A stretch of 63,310 bases of DNA, counting the filler, from Porpidia crustulata (taxonomy: Eukaryota), in NCBI GenBank assembly GCA_964255105.1. It is 12 parts of 12 records of this genome, joined end to end, with 100 filler letters (N's around TTAATTAATTAA, not from the genome) between each part and the next. Parts side by side here need not be neighbours in the genome. Positions count along the whole stretch, not along the records: positions 37,035 to 42,215 come from CAXUWE010001889.1; positions 42,316 to 47,494 come from CAXUWE010001890.1; positions 47,595 to 52,772 come from CAXUWE010001891.1; 9 more parts are not named here. The stretch is one strand, 5' to 3'. Shown piece by piece: positions 37,035 through 49,762 of this stretch. The position numbers and the translations under genes were made by a program. Each line of letters starts with the position of its first letter. Within the stretch, counting starts at the first letter, position 1. The notes under the pieces were generated by a model. That model ran no database searches. It was not told the origin of the DNA and saw nothing but the letters and a program-made list of their open reading frames with translations.

Positions 37035-37239
37035 GAGGTGGAGTGGGTTTGATGGGAAGGGGGTTGTGATCAGGGGAGTAGAGGGGAGGAGGATTGGAGA
37101 TGGAGACATTCCAGTACTCCATGCCTGCTTTAGCAAGTAGCTAAAGTGGTAAATCTGGCACTCTGGCATTCAGGCGTCTGTTAGCTTCGAACGCCCCGTG
37201 ATCAGCATCATCGACCAGTAATAATTGCTCAATGCTCTC

Positions 37240-38185
37240 TCATTCTTTCTTCCACTCCTCAAACTCCACCTCCAAATGCTCTTTCAGCGCTTTAAACTTA
37301 TTCCCAAAATCCTCTCCACACCTCCAGCACTTTAGCGTCCTGCTCAGATAACCTTCCCTGCCAGGATGCCTTCTCACATCGTCTTTGCGGAGCGGGAAAT
37401 CCTCGGTGTCGACCAAGAAAGGGGTGGCAAAACTATTGTAATGTTTCCGATGCCGCAGGAATTCGCTGCACCGATCCGGAGATAGCACGTGAACGTGCAG
37501 ATGATTCATACTTGGTCGGGCGTGGATTCCGGAAAGAATGTCTTTGGACCAGTCTCGTCCCGCGGGGACTTCGTCGCCTTCCTTTGCTGCCTCCAGGGCA
37601 GCTTCCCTAGCCTTCTCTAGCGCCGAGAATCTGCCGTATTTGCGCTTTAATTCTTTGGCGACTAAAAGGTGTAATTTCCGGACTTCATCCTGAACCGAGA
37701 CTAGAAAATTGGGATCTTCGAAAGCGGCGAAGGGGGTGAGAAGGGTTTTGGAACGCGAGCGAGGGAGAAGCAGGAGATGAATGGAAGATTTGGGGTAACG
37801 GTCATGGAGTGTGACGAAATCAGGGGAGTGAGTGAGTACACAGGACGTGGGGAAAGCAGCAGGCGATACGATGTAGGCACCTAGTCCATTTCGCCCGTTG
37901 AAGGAAAATGCCGAAGCGTTTTCAGAGGGCTCTGATAAGTTTGTACTAGGCAAGGAGGTCGACTTGTCAGTTGGCTGGCGTCTTTTGGATGGCGATGACA
38001 TGATCTCTGTAACTTTGAGTAAATAAGACCAGCGTTTTACAATTTTTGTAAGAGAAGATGAAATTACATGCGTTTCTCTTCGGACCTTCCACTGGCGATG
38101 TTGACCTGGAAGATGCTGGAATGGCTGTACCAGCAACTTGCTCCCCAGTGACCGCATCCTCTTGAATATCACCTTTCTTCTCCAT
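37240..38185 (-). CDS. HNT3: Aprataxin-like HIT/zinc-finger DNA 5'-adenylate hydrolase
   Basis: DRYPKSSIHLLLLPR; GIHARPSMNHLHVHV (HIT); KHYNSFATPF; CWRC..FGNKF..LKEHLE.EF (C2HE finger); exon 1 MEKKG..PKRNA splices to give RNAFTEIMSS. Confidence 0.92.
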
Positions 38186-39125
38186 TACTTGAGATCTCCT
38201 GGCTATCCTAATATTTTGTAGATTGGATCGTATGGAAACAAATGGTTTGCAATTCCAGCTCATCGATAAAATTAAGGTACTATCATATCTTTAAACCAGA
38301 CGGCACAAACGATGTTGTCCTGATTGTTCCTCCTGCATGTCCGTTGCGTAGAGATTGCTCACATACAAAGTGAGCGAATGTGCAGTCTTAGAGATCTTCC
38401 TCAGCTACAGTCAGCCACTCTGTGGCGTAGAGAAGAATAATGAGGCGTCGTCGTCGAAAACATGAAATTATAAAAATTGTTAAGCATCTGACTCGTACCT
38501 CGTAAGTCTCGCGTCAAATTAGTATTTCCAGCATTGTCTTGGTTCATTTGAATAATGTCCAAATACTTTTCCCCAGTTCGGCAGGCCTTGATTTAGAATA
38601 CAGGGGCTGCCAGAGTCAAAGCACCCCCTATGGAAGCCGATGAATTGTGGATGAAATGCTCATATCACGCCTCTCTCACAAAACTGATACTATTGCCAAA
38701 CACTGCTTATTTTCGAACTTCTTCTTGTACTTGAATTACACTAGGTACTAGCATCCAAGTCGATTCCCTAAACCTTGACCGTGTTCAGTCGCGGTGTCGG
38801 GCCTAGTAGACGAATGATTCAGATTGGTAGTGTTGTAGTAGTATTCCTTCAGTTGATCATGATAAATATTGAAGAGGATATGTAAGAGTGACGTATGAGA
38901 GCTTCATTGAGACGGCTAGATACTAAGATAATCATGTAGTTGCATAGAAACTTGAGATCCCATAGTAGCCTCGAGAGATAATAATGCGTTTAATTCAGAT
39001 CATAGCCAATCTCCACTGCACCGCATATCCAGATGGTTCCTGCTATTTTCCATTCAGATATTCATCCCATGTTCGGGAGATATCTGCGCTATTGCTTCAA
39101 TTTTCGATAGCATCACATTGTTTAC

Positions 39126-40810
39126 TTATTTACCCCCAACCTTCAAAGTTTTGACGACAGTCATGTTAATACCATGCAATTCAGGCCCAAATCTGCATTT
39201 GTCTCCAAACAAACAATCTTTGTAGCCCTCGGCTCCGGTGGGACATCTGGATCATACGAGTATTAGCGGCATCCAGCACGTCCAGGAAAGACTTACCTGT
39301 GACCGTAAATGCACTTAATGTCGTCGCAATCTGATCCGAATCTGCAAGGTGTCATGCGGGAGACATATTCAAGGGTCTGAAGCTCGTTCTTATTGGGTTG
39401 ATAACTATGGTCATGTGTGCAGCCGTCGCCATAGCCGCAGTCTTTGCGGAGGTAGTGAACGTTGCACATTTTAAGCTTTTTGACTCGTTGAACTTCGGCT
39501 TTATCGTAGGACATGATTGGGTCGACACGCTGGCCCCAACGATTTCGTGGGATTATGTTACTGCCTGGCGGTGATATCTGGGGTGTCAGAGGCGGAGAAG
39601 CCACATGATTTGTGGGTGCTACGGCAGCTGAGGCCCATGATGGAGCCATGGGGTTCATGAACATTGGGTTGGAAGTAGATGCTGATGGTGGACGGACCAC
39701 ACTTGGTTGATAGGGGGCCTGATAATGCGGAGACGGAAATGCCATTGAAGCCGGCTGTGGCTGAGGTTGTAGCATAGATATCGGTTGCGGCATGGGAGGA
39801 GGTGGATGCAAGGGAACAGTGACCTTTGCAGTACGGAATAAACCTGGAAAGCGTGTGGTATCGTACTTTGTCTTGAGCGAAGCAAGCTCTCGTTCAAACG
39901 GCACACCTTCCAAAAGTGTAACACGATTTAAATTTTGTCGATCTGCAACATCTTCAAGTAGACGAGCATAGCCGTTATCATGGGAGCATCCGATTAATAT
40001 GTGACGGCAATGACAGTTGTGCAAATCGAGTTTGAATACCTCTTCCGCCACATTAGCCTTAATGAAATACAACGGAAAAATCGCAGAGCCCGACGAACCA
40101 GATATTTTGTCGTCCGCACGATCTTTGCCCATGCCAACGTCTACAAAATCGAATAATTGTTTACTTCCAGTGAATCCACGAGCAAACTCTTCAATCAAGG
40201 AAGGCCTATCTAGGATCCCGGATCGGTGACAAGCTTCTCCAAGACCTTTGATATTGGCATAGACACGGGTAATAATCTTGTAATCTGACGAAAGATCGGG
40301 GATTTTCTGAGTAACATAATCTCGGACAAAACCCCATAGCAAGGTAGCAGCTTCTTTACCGCCACTCTCGCCTCTTTGAATATATTGGTCTTCAAATATC
40401 ATACCATCGCCATCGATGAGTACGAGAATAAAAGCATCACGCTCCTGAAGTACGGTCAGGATGGCCATATATAAATTTCGGATGACCATATAGCTAAACA
40501 TCACATAGTACTATATGCTCTTCGGAGTAGCTTACCATCATGGCTTTCATTGAACGAACCTCCTCCTTGAGTTGCAGCTCACGCACTTGAATATCTCGAT
40601 TAAACTGTTTCTCCCGGCTATGATCCAGGGTTTCTTGCTTATATTCGCCATTGAGTTCATCGAGACGCTTTAATAGTTCCTGATTTTCGTCAAAGGTGGA
40701 ACAATCAAAACTACCAAGAGTAGCACCTCAATTAGACTATTCTTTTGCTGCTCTGCGCCTCTTAAAGTTTGATAATACTGATGAAGCTGGCCTAAATTGT
40801 CTTGAGCCAT
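39126..40810 (-). CDS. Tandem CCCH zinc-finger protein with N-terminal coiled coil and NYN/PIN-like domain
   Basis: VLIDGDGMIF; FDFVDVGMGKDRADDKI; GCSHDNGYARLL; CNVHYLRKDCGYGDGCTHDH; CRFGSDCDDIKCIYGHRCP; four introns. Confidence 0.82.
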
Positions 40811-41084
40811 AGCCGCAAGTATTTCACGGTAAACAAACAGATATGCTAATCAAGGGAAAGTTGCGTAGACGTTGTTCTCAACTTTCGATAGTGACTGATG
40901 TGGAGAGATTTGTTGCCAACAGTTAAACTTACGCGTAATTAAGGTTTATGTACGTGTACAAATAATTCATAGACGTGCATGCATAAAATAAATCCCAATC
41001 GAAGGTCACACAAGTTGCTCTCCTACTTCCCAATTTCGACATCACAACAACTGATCTGCTGTCTACCCTTTCCAAATCATTACG

Positions 41085-42068
41085 ATGATCCTCATATCTC
41101 TTTCCACGATTGCGCTGTTCTCACTGCAGGCCTTGAGAGTCGTAGCCCAAGAGGTGAGATTCCCCCAAAAGGCCACCTATCACAACCCACACTGACAATT
41201 TCTCAGGCAGACGAAGCTGAAGCGGAACAGCCGTCCACCTCCGCCAATCTCGCCGTGAAAGTCTCCACCTCATTTCCCTCCTCCGAGATCTTCGGCATCA
41301 AGCTCATCAATGGCCACCCTACCCAAGCGCTCGTCTCCATCAGCAATGAAGAGCCTGACCCGGTCACCGTTGTCTTTATTGGGGGCAATCTCTGGAGTTC
41401 TGATTTTGGCGGTCGAGGGCCCACGATCATTCGGAATCTCACTACTACGAGATACAACATTGAGATTCCAGGCGGGGAGAAAGAAAGCATTAGCTACAGC
41501 TTTGCGACGGAGCTCCAGCCGCAGGATCTGATGCTGAATCTGGCGGCTGTGGTAACGGATGAGGCAGGCACAGCATATACGATTCAGGCTTTCAATGAGA
41601 CTGTCAGTGTTGTCGAGCAGGACACTAGTATATTTGATCCCCAAATGTAAGCCCATACTCTCCTCATTTGCACATCTCGAAAGCTCCCCTCGACGCTCCA
41701 AACCTCTCTTCTGGCCCCCCGAACCCCAGCTAACAACACCACCACCCCACAGAATATTCCTCTACCTCTTCCTCCTCGCCGCCTTCACCGGCACCTGCTA
41801 CTTCATCTACAGCACCTGGATCAGCACCCTCTTCCCGCAAAAGCGCCGTGGCGGCAAGGGCGGCGAACGTGCAAAGAAATCATCCGGCGGCTCCAAGAAA
41901 GTCGATCCAGCCGATCAGGTCAGCGTGGTTGGTGCCGACGGCCCGGCGGTGACGAGTGGAGCCAAGGCGTACGATGAGAGTTGGATTCCGGCGGGGCATT
42001 TGGACAAGCCGAAGGCGAAGAGGGTGCAGAGCGGGGCTAGGCCGAAGAGCAGGAGTAAGGCGGAGTAG
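41085..42068 (+). CDS. IRC22: Translocon-associated protein alpha (TRAP-alpha/Irc22)
   Basis: Signal peptide MILISLSTIALFSLQAL; EIFGIKLING; RNLTTTRY; SIFDPQ/IFLYLFL TM; YDESWIPAGHL; two introns. Confidence 0.88.
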
Positions 42069-42215
42069 GCGTTATTTGAGGGAGTTGTGGGAGAAGGACA
42101 GGGCTGGAGGTGACGGATGAGAGGGGGATACTTGAGATGTCGAAGATAGGTCAGATGTAAGTCGTAAAGAGGCCCGCTACTCAGTGCGATTCACGCATGG
42201 TAGTATGTCCTATCC

Positions 42216-42315
42216 NNNNNNNNNNNNNNNNNNNNNNNNNNNNNNNNNNNNNNNNNNNNTTAATTAATTAANNNNNNNNNNNNNNNNNNNNNNNNNNNNN
42301 NNNNNNNNNNNNNNN
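42216..42315. other. Artificial contig-joining spacer
   Basis: N44-TTAATTAATTAA-N44. Confidence 0.98.
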
Positions 42316-42399
42316 GGGTGGGTATTGGGGCTTTTAGAGGCAAAAAGGATGGCGTTTGGTTCGTGGAATAAATGGCTGACGCTGTGCGGGGCTTCAAAG

Positions 42400-42654
42400 G
42401 TTGAGGCTACAGGGCAGAAGAATACCGTCTTGACGCTGTATGAGATTATGAATGGAGAGGCAACTGCTGGTCAGGGTACGTGGTCCCATGTGGCTCATGC
42501 ATCGCTTGGGCAAGGGTTTCATTGCTGCTGATGATGCATAGAATTTCATGGCATGGATCCGGATGTACTCAGGAGATCTCTAAGCGTGCTGGTCAAGCGT
42601 GGTAAGGCACAGGTCTTTGGAGTAGACGATCAGCAGGGTGTCAAATTCTTCTGA
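42400..42654 (+). CDS. VPS25: ESCRT-II subunit Vps25, C-terminal exons only
   Basis: VEATGQKNTVLTLYEIMNGE../EFHGMD..L.RSL..LVKRGKAQVFG...GVKFF*. Confidence 0.9.
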
Positions 42655-42845
42655 AAGGTCTTGGAATTGGATTCGCAGAAGCCTCTGCAATAAAAGTAAG
42701 TGCTAGTCCAATTGATTCGCTCGACGACTCCTAATATCCTATCAAGTTCCCTGATACATTACTTCCACGTGAGCACCTTCCTGCCTGCTCGTGGATCCAT
42801 GAAGCCGTGCAATTCGTATGCTGCCACCCACTCACTGCATCGCAG

Positions 42846-45594
42846 CTAAGTCTCGACCTCGCCGTCCACGAGCTCATAACCATCTAGCCACCGTACCTCC
42901 TGCCTCAACGCCAAATCCAACATCCAATCACTCCTCACAACTTTAGGCACCTTCCCTGCTCCATGCACCATTGTCCGAAACTTCGGCCACACCTTCTTCT
43001 CCTCCGGCGAGGCCCCGCTAACTAAGTACACGTACTCCTCCTCCTCCTCCTCATCATCGGTCTCGTCGCTTCCACCGGCGCGAGATGTGATAGTTGACCC
43101 AACGCGTGCGCGAAACAACCGGCACGTGGATCCGTTAGCTTCGGCGATGGATTTGTAAGAGTCGAAACCGCCTCGAATATTCTCAGTGCAATAGATGGTG
43201 TATCCGTGCAGCAACCGTCCTTTGTTAGCTTTTGCTTTAGCAGTTGCATCGGTGATCTTGAAGCCTAAGCGTTGTTCGCCATTGGCATCCTTTAGGAGAT
43301 AGTCTTCTGGACGCAATCTCGTGCCCTGAAGTAGACATTGGTCTATGAAGTTGGTGGACAGGACCGTGGGACCGCGAGCCATAGCGCAGGCAAATTTCTG
43401 AGTACGAACGATATGGGGGGACACAAGATGCGTGGCACTGGCGGGATCTTGCGTTATTATAATACCAAGCTCTTTCAATTGAGCCTATCGAGTATCATTA
43501 GAAGCAATATAATCATACGAGAGTTTGACTTACCCGCTCCTCGCCCTCTCTCTTCAGGTTTCCGACCCATCTGTTGTCACCTGAGAGTAAGAGTCGCAGT
43601 GAGTGGTATTCTTTACTCTTCTTAGCTCTCTTCGCGCCTCTAGTTTCCTCGTCCGCCCCAGAATATATATCATCCTCTTTAGATTTGAACCTCTTCCGAC
43701 CACCACCATTGCTCTTCTCTTCGCTTGACTTACGACCCCCATGAATTACACCACCCACTCTCTTGGTCTCTTTTTCAAACAGCGCAATATCCGGCGCGAG
43801 GTCATGTAGCCTGGCTACCGCGCGGTCTTTTGCTCCTCGACTACCCGTGGTTGACGGAGTATCATTCTCCTTCCCATCGGCATACCGGATAGCAGCCGGA
43901 GTCCTAAATGCTGTGGCTTCATTGCGTTGGCCGTTGTCTTTGGACGCTTTGGGTGTAGACTTGTCAGCTTGTAAGGGACGGAGAGGGACCGCATCTGGAT
44001 TTGCAGAGCTAGAGGGATGGACAGCGCTGCTGCTCGGTAGTCTGGAGGTAGCATTTGGGGCTTTCGTGCTCATGGGGTTGACGACCTCCATCTCATGGTC
44101 CACGTCGGTCCCATTAGGAAAAAATGCTCGTTCCATAACCTGCTTGTCAATAGGGGTTTGCCCAACAACCTCACCAAGATTAGTACGAGCAGGAAAATGC
44201 GTGTAACGGGGGTTTGCAAGACTCTGGATCTGCCATTTCGCGTAGCTCTCTTCAAGCCAAAGATGGTTTACCATATTGATGTTCCATTCTTTCGCAGCAT
44301 CGCACTTTTCACTGACAGTATGCGCCGTGATCAAATGGGTGTTGTCTTCTTTCATGGTCTTGGTGAACTCTCCGCCAGCTGCTTTTGCAAGATTTTCCAA
44401 GTAGACACGAGCCTCTCCATTGTAATTCGATAGACTGATGCGGAAGTCCTTGAAACCTGGAAGACCATTCCGAGCAACAGGGTAGTGCAAAAGTCGCTTT
44501 AAAGGTGATGTCCAGGTATTATGGGTGATCAGATGATACAACCATGCCAAATTCCCCACATCACACCCAGCTCTTGATGCGACTCGAAATTCAGTGGACT
44601 CTCGGTATTGGCTAATGAACATATCGGCCTTGTGTATACTTCCGGTGACGCTGCCTCCCCCATTCTGGATTAGATCTTCAATAACACCTAGAAGATGGCT
44701 TCCAATTTCAAGGTCGCTTGAGAGCATGACCCTCTTTTTTGTAAACACCGTGAGCTCCCGACGACCTGCACTGGGAGAACTGGAAGGCGTAGGCAAGCGG
44801 CCTGGATCAGTAGAAGAAGCGCCCATAAGGTCATGTCTGGCAGCGTCAGGGATTTTGTCCTCGGGTTTCTTGCGCAAAAATTCGGGATCCGGCAAGCAGT
44901 ATGGGCCCTCATCGATGCGTTTTCCGAGCTTCAGGCAGTCATCAAACCTGATCCAAACATTAGTCTAATTCTAATCTGGGAGTTCAACATAAGTACATAC
45001 CAATGAGGTAGGACAATTGTGCATTTCAGGTTCTTGTTGAGCGCTGTCTGACATTTCTCTGGGTCAACCGTCAAGGCAACGATGTGCGTCACCATTTTTG
45101 TGACTGCGCTGGAATACAATCCGCCCATGGCAAGTACACCCCCGATGATAGCATCTTTGTCTCCACTTGGCAGGTCCGCGCAACAGACGACGAGACCAGA
45201 GAAGAAATACCTAGGGTCGGGGCTATATTGGCGAGGGTTTGCAAGGCGTCCCTTTGCAATAGACGCTTTCACCCAGTCGGGCTTTACGACAGCTTTCAGC
45301 GCAGCTGTAGCAGTATTGTAGTCCGGGAAATCAGATGTCGTTGAGATTATGTGTGTCACTCGGTCTAAGGGTACATTGCCATCTTTGCGCCCCGTTGAGA
45401 TATGCGGCGCTCCGTTTTGGACAAGAAGGTCAGCAAACTACAATTCATAATCAGCAATGCATCCGAGATATAGTCAATGGAAGCCTTGCCTTCTGTGTAT
45501 CATCCCCATTGAGGTCTTGAGATTGCACAATGTGGAAGTGTGCTTGAGCGAAGAGCGGTGTCGTTTCAGGCCCATCAGGAGGTAAGATTTCCAT
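42846..45594 (-). CDS. RTT107: Multi-BRCT DNA-repair scaffold Rtt107/Esc4/Brc1
   Basis: THIISTTSDFPDY; YSPDPRYFFSG; IIGGVLAMGG; LLHYP..RNGLPGF; THLITAH; NHLWLEESY; RTQKFACA; several BRCT repeats; three introns. Confidence 0.9.
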
Positions 45595-46263
45595 TTTTGT
45601 TATAGCTATGGTCAAAGGAGTGTATCAAGCAAGCAGTATTAAAAGTCTTTAACCCACGAAGTAACAATGTGTCGACATAAATTCTGTGTAGCTCAATGTT
45701 ATCGAATCGCGAGACGTGATCTTCAAACCGCGACCAAACACGCTACTGTTATACAGTCACATGATCTCTTTTTAGTTTCTTATCTCCGAGAGCCGCGGTA
45801 TCATCCACTGACCGCCGTTGTGGAATACACTCTTATGTGTATATCTCTAGTCAAGTCCTCAGCTTATGAAGTTCTGAAGTTACAACATATTCAGCTAGAT
45901 GCGATTACTCTATTGGCACAGAATCTCATTGTCTCCAACCCTTGATTAGGGGAAATAACAATGATGTAACTCATAGATCTGTCTAAGTTGCTTACAGCTG
46001 GAATTGTAATACTCCATGAGAAGCAAAAGGAAAACAACACGACGATAATCCGGTCTGCTCATCGATCTTTTCGTATAGAATATCATTGCTATAACTTCAT
46101 TCTGCCTTGGACAGCACCCACGAAATATTCTCGCATTGCATTGGCAAATATCCAAAAGCAGTGCTCTCTCTTGTTGGTTGGATTCTTCAATATACCGCAA
46201 AACTTCAGCAATTTCGGACAATTGTTTGTCTTCTCTGAAGCTGCTGTACGACCTATTCACATC

Positions 46264-47494
46264 ATGTCTCCCCGTTACTTCAAGGTTCAGACTCATGTCC
46301 TTCCCTGCCAATACATTCGCGAATACCCGCGGGCAACGGCACTTGATCAGGAAGATGACCTATATCTTCATATCAAACAATATACACCGCTGGACTATGT
46401 TGATCGCCAACAAAACGGGTTGACCATTATTGGGGCTCATGCAAATGGCTTTCCCAAGGTTTGAGGCGACAGACAGATCAGGCTTCTTATCTTTTCTAAC
46501 TACGCTAATAGGAGCTGTACGAACCGCTATGGGACGCTTTATATCAGCTATTGAAGCGATCTAGCGTCAGCATTCATGGTATCTGGATCGCTGATGTTGC
46601 ACAAGAAGGGCAGAGCTCGGTTTTGAATGAAGGAAAGCTAGGAAATGACCGTAAGCATCCCCTGGATTCGTACTAGAGGGCAGTGGATGGTGATTGGTTA
46701 TATGTCAGCCTCTTGGTACGATCATCCAAGAGATCTCTTGCACATGATCAATCACTTCCGTAAGGAAATGCCTCGACCACTTGTCGGGATCGGCCATAGT
46801 ATGGGTGGAAATAATGTGTGAGTTCACTTGTACGTTTCTTGGACTAAAGGCTGATACGATCAAATTTGAGTGTCAATCTCGCACTAATGCATCCACGCCT
46901 TCTTGCCTCCTTGATCCTCATAGACCCAGTAATCTACCTCGTCTCATGTCCGCCGCTTTCCCCGGAAGGGCCGTCCTATACCCAGCTCTCTACCTTTCGT
47001 CGTGATTACTGGCCATCACGAGCCGAAGCCGCCGCCGCTTTCAAAGCCAATAAATTTTATCAATCCTGGGATCCCCGTGTCCTAGACCTCTGGTAAATCC
47101 TTCATAATCAAAGATCCTAAGTTCTCAATCATTTTTCATCATGAGACATGTCCCATACTTGCAATCTCCGCATTTCACAAATGAAGACGCTGACTGCGAG
47201 ATCTGGACAGGATTCAATACGGCCTCCGCGATCTGCCCACGGTAATCTACCCAAACGTGCCCTCCAGCACAGCAGAAATTCCGGTCACTCTTACCACGCC
47301 TAAACATCAGTACGTAATTTCGAATCTCCGTCCAATGTGGTTAAATCCCTTTCTCGAATCTTCACCCTCCTACTGGGAGCGCATTGCATGTTTCTATCCC
47401 CATTGATCCACTCACAATGTCCTCAAACCCGCTACGAACACACCACAAATAACGCTAACCCTCAACCCGACCGACCAGAGAAGTCTTCACCTTC
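46264..47494 (+). CDS. Alpha/beta hydrolase (Abhydrolase_6, 'toxin biosynthesis protein'/MpaH-like), 3' truncated
   Basis: HVLPCQYIREYPRAT; IIGAHANGFPK/ELYEPLW; IWIADVAQEGQS; VGIGHSMGG nucleophile elbow; RRDYWPSR; WDPRVL; many introns. Confidence 0.85.
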
Positions 47495-47594
47495 NNNNNN
47501 NNNNNNNNNNNNNNNNNNNNNNNNNNNNNNNNNNNNNNTTAATTAATTAANNNNNNNNNNNNNNNNNNNNNNNNNNNNNNNNNNNNNNNNNNNN
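47495..47594. other. Artificial contig-joining spacer
   Basis: N44-TTAATTAATTAA-N44. Confidence 0.98.
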
Positions 47595-47697
47595 CCCCCC
47601 CCCCCCCCCCCAAAAACAAACTGCTACGCTGAGATCTGGGCTTCTATAACGAAAGGTGGTGTGGGGGGGTATATGACATGAGAAAGGCAAGAGATCT

Positions 47698-48827
47698 CTA
47701 AGTCTGTTTCGACCCAACCAGCGTTTCGAAACGCACGTATTCTTCGGGTGCGATTGGGTATGTATGCTCAGGAGCTGGGTAGGCGCGGCTTTTGACTTCA
47801 CCTGATGGCTTGTCAACTTGCAAACCCCTCTTTGGAACAATAAGAGGGTTCAAAGCATACTCTTATAAGCCTCAATGGCTTTCAAACTCTCCCCCCAAAC
47901 ATCGCCGTACTTCTTGACGAATTTTGGGAGGAAACGTCCAGGAGGGAAGTTGCCGGCCATGTCGATCTGAACCAAGATCTGGCCGGAGCAGCCGTTGCCG
48001 GCACCGATTCCGATCGTGGGGATTGCAAGCTTCTCGGTCACGAAAGCGGCTACTTCCGGAGGCACGGCTTCGAGGACGACTGCAAAACACCCGGCTTCTT
48101 GAACGGCGAGCGCGTCCTGGAGAACTTTGAGCGCTCCTGTTGCGGTTTTGCCCTGCACTCTGAACCCGCCGAGAGCGTTTTGCCTTTGGGGGGTCAGACC
48201 AACGTGGCCGAGCACTGGGATACCGGCTTTTGCGATTCGTTCGATCGTAGGGGCCATGTCGCTTCCGCCTTCTAATTTAACGCCCTGGACTCGTCCTTCT
48301 TTTATGACGCGGATGGCGGATTCGAGAGCTTGCTCGGGGGCGATTTCGTAGGAGCCCATGGGGAGGTCTCCGATCTGGATGGGAGGATTAGCACTTTTAC
48401 GTATGCAGCTAATGATGGGACATCTTGCCGTGAAAGCTCCCTTTGTAGCCCGTGATACACTCCTGCAATGTAGAATCATCTCGTCCAGGACCACCTCACT
48501 TGTATCTTCCATCCCGAGGGCTACCATGGCCAAGCTATCTCCCACCAAGATCATCTCCATACCGGCAGCATCGGCAACATGAGCACTTGGGAAATCATGC
48601 GCTGTTATCATGGTAATTGGTTCTTTTTTCTGATGAAGGGTGCGCAATGTACTGATGGTAATCTTTTTCTTTGGTGTTGCCGATGCCGAACCAATTGGCG
48701 AATGCGAGCTGTGTCTTGTTTGACATTGCGACACTGCAATCCTGCGAGCCGCAACAGCAGAAACCAGTGAAATTGGTGGACGAATAGCGGTCTGAAAGGT
48801 TTTTGATATCGCAGCACGTGAAGCCAT
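47698..48827 (-). CDS. ECM31: Ketopantoate hydroxymethyltransferase (PanB)
   Basis: ITMITAHD; ILVGDSLAMVALG; DLPMGSYE; VKLEGG; GHVGLTPQ; IGIGAG..GQILV; last exon EVKSRAYPAPEHTY. Confidence 0.96.
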
Positions 48828-49762
48828 CCTCTCAATCTGGTTCCTTCGCAAAAGTTTTGATAAAGGGAGACAAAGTCAGAGAGTGAGCGATGGATACTGA
48901 GGATGATGAATCCATTGTTTAAGCGGTGAGTCCAAGATTTAGTAATGTGTCTGGTTCGTGATGGTGAGTGCGGCGGATTTTAGATACTGAGGTTTTGAAA
49001 GGAACAGACGGACTGCGTTGCTGATGGTTTAGTCAGGGCCTGGGAGGCTGGTTTGGGCTTAGCGTTATCTCTCGACCGAGGTATCGGATATTTCTTAATC
49101 TTCTCGAACATTGAAAACCAGCCTGAGTATAGAGTCGGCGTACAAGATATCTAATAACATATGATAATCTCCCCTTCGTTCAATTCACCTATTAAGCTCA
49201 AGTACAATGATCTAGTTCCAATCTGATGTTGCCAATCTACCGGCCTATCTACCTATCGTAAGGTCTGGTGATATCAGACATCACGTGTCTGCGAATTTGT
49301 GCAAAGCCCCGCTGACGTAAATGCGTTGACAACGCCGAGCTTTCTGCATAAAATAATGTAAATCAATGCGAGTGTGACTACACATAGGCAATGTCCATAA
49401 TCAATCACCTCCCGCCCTTTGTAACGAACAGACTTGTCGACTACTCTGTATCCATACCGAGTTCACAATAAAGAAATCCACCTTTCCAAAACCTAGAAGA
49501 CCTCTCCAGAAGGTGCTCAAAGACATCCCGAAACTATCCGTCAACGTGTGCAAGGTGTTGGTGGTTATATCTTGCTTTGCTTTGTTATTGGGATTAGGAC
49601 AAAGTTTGACCCTGCTGCCTGATCTAAAATCTTCGAATTCCCCCCCAAAGACCTAGCAGCTCCGTCAAACAAGTGGCAGTCTTGTCAGGCCTTTGACACA
49701 AAAACTCATAGTCATTGTTGAAGAGTAGTGGGCACTCAAGATAAAGAGGAGAATACGCCGGA

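Noticed and set aside
16655..45594. TOF1, ARB1, HNT3 and RTT107 as a genome-maintenance gene cluster
   Set aside because: Each lies on a different contig, joined only by size sorting.
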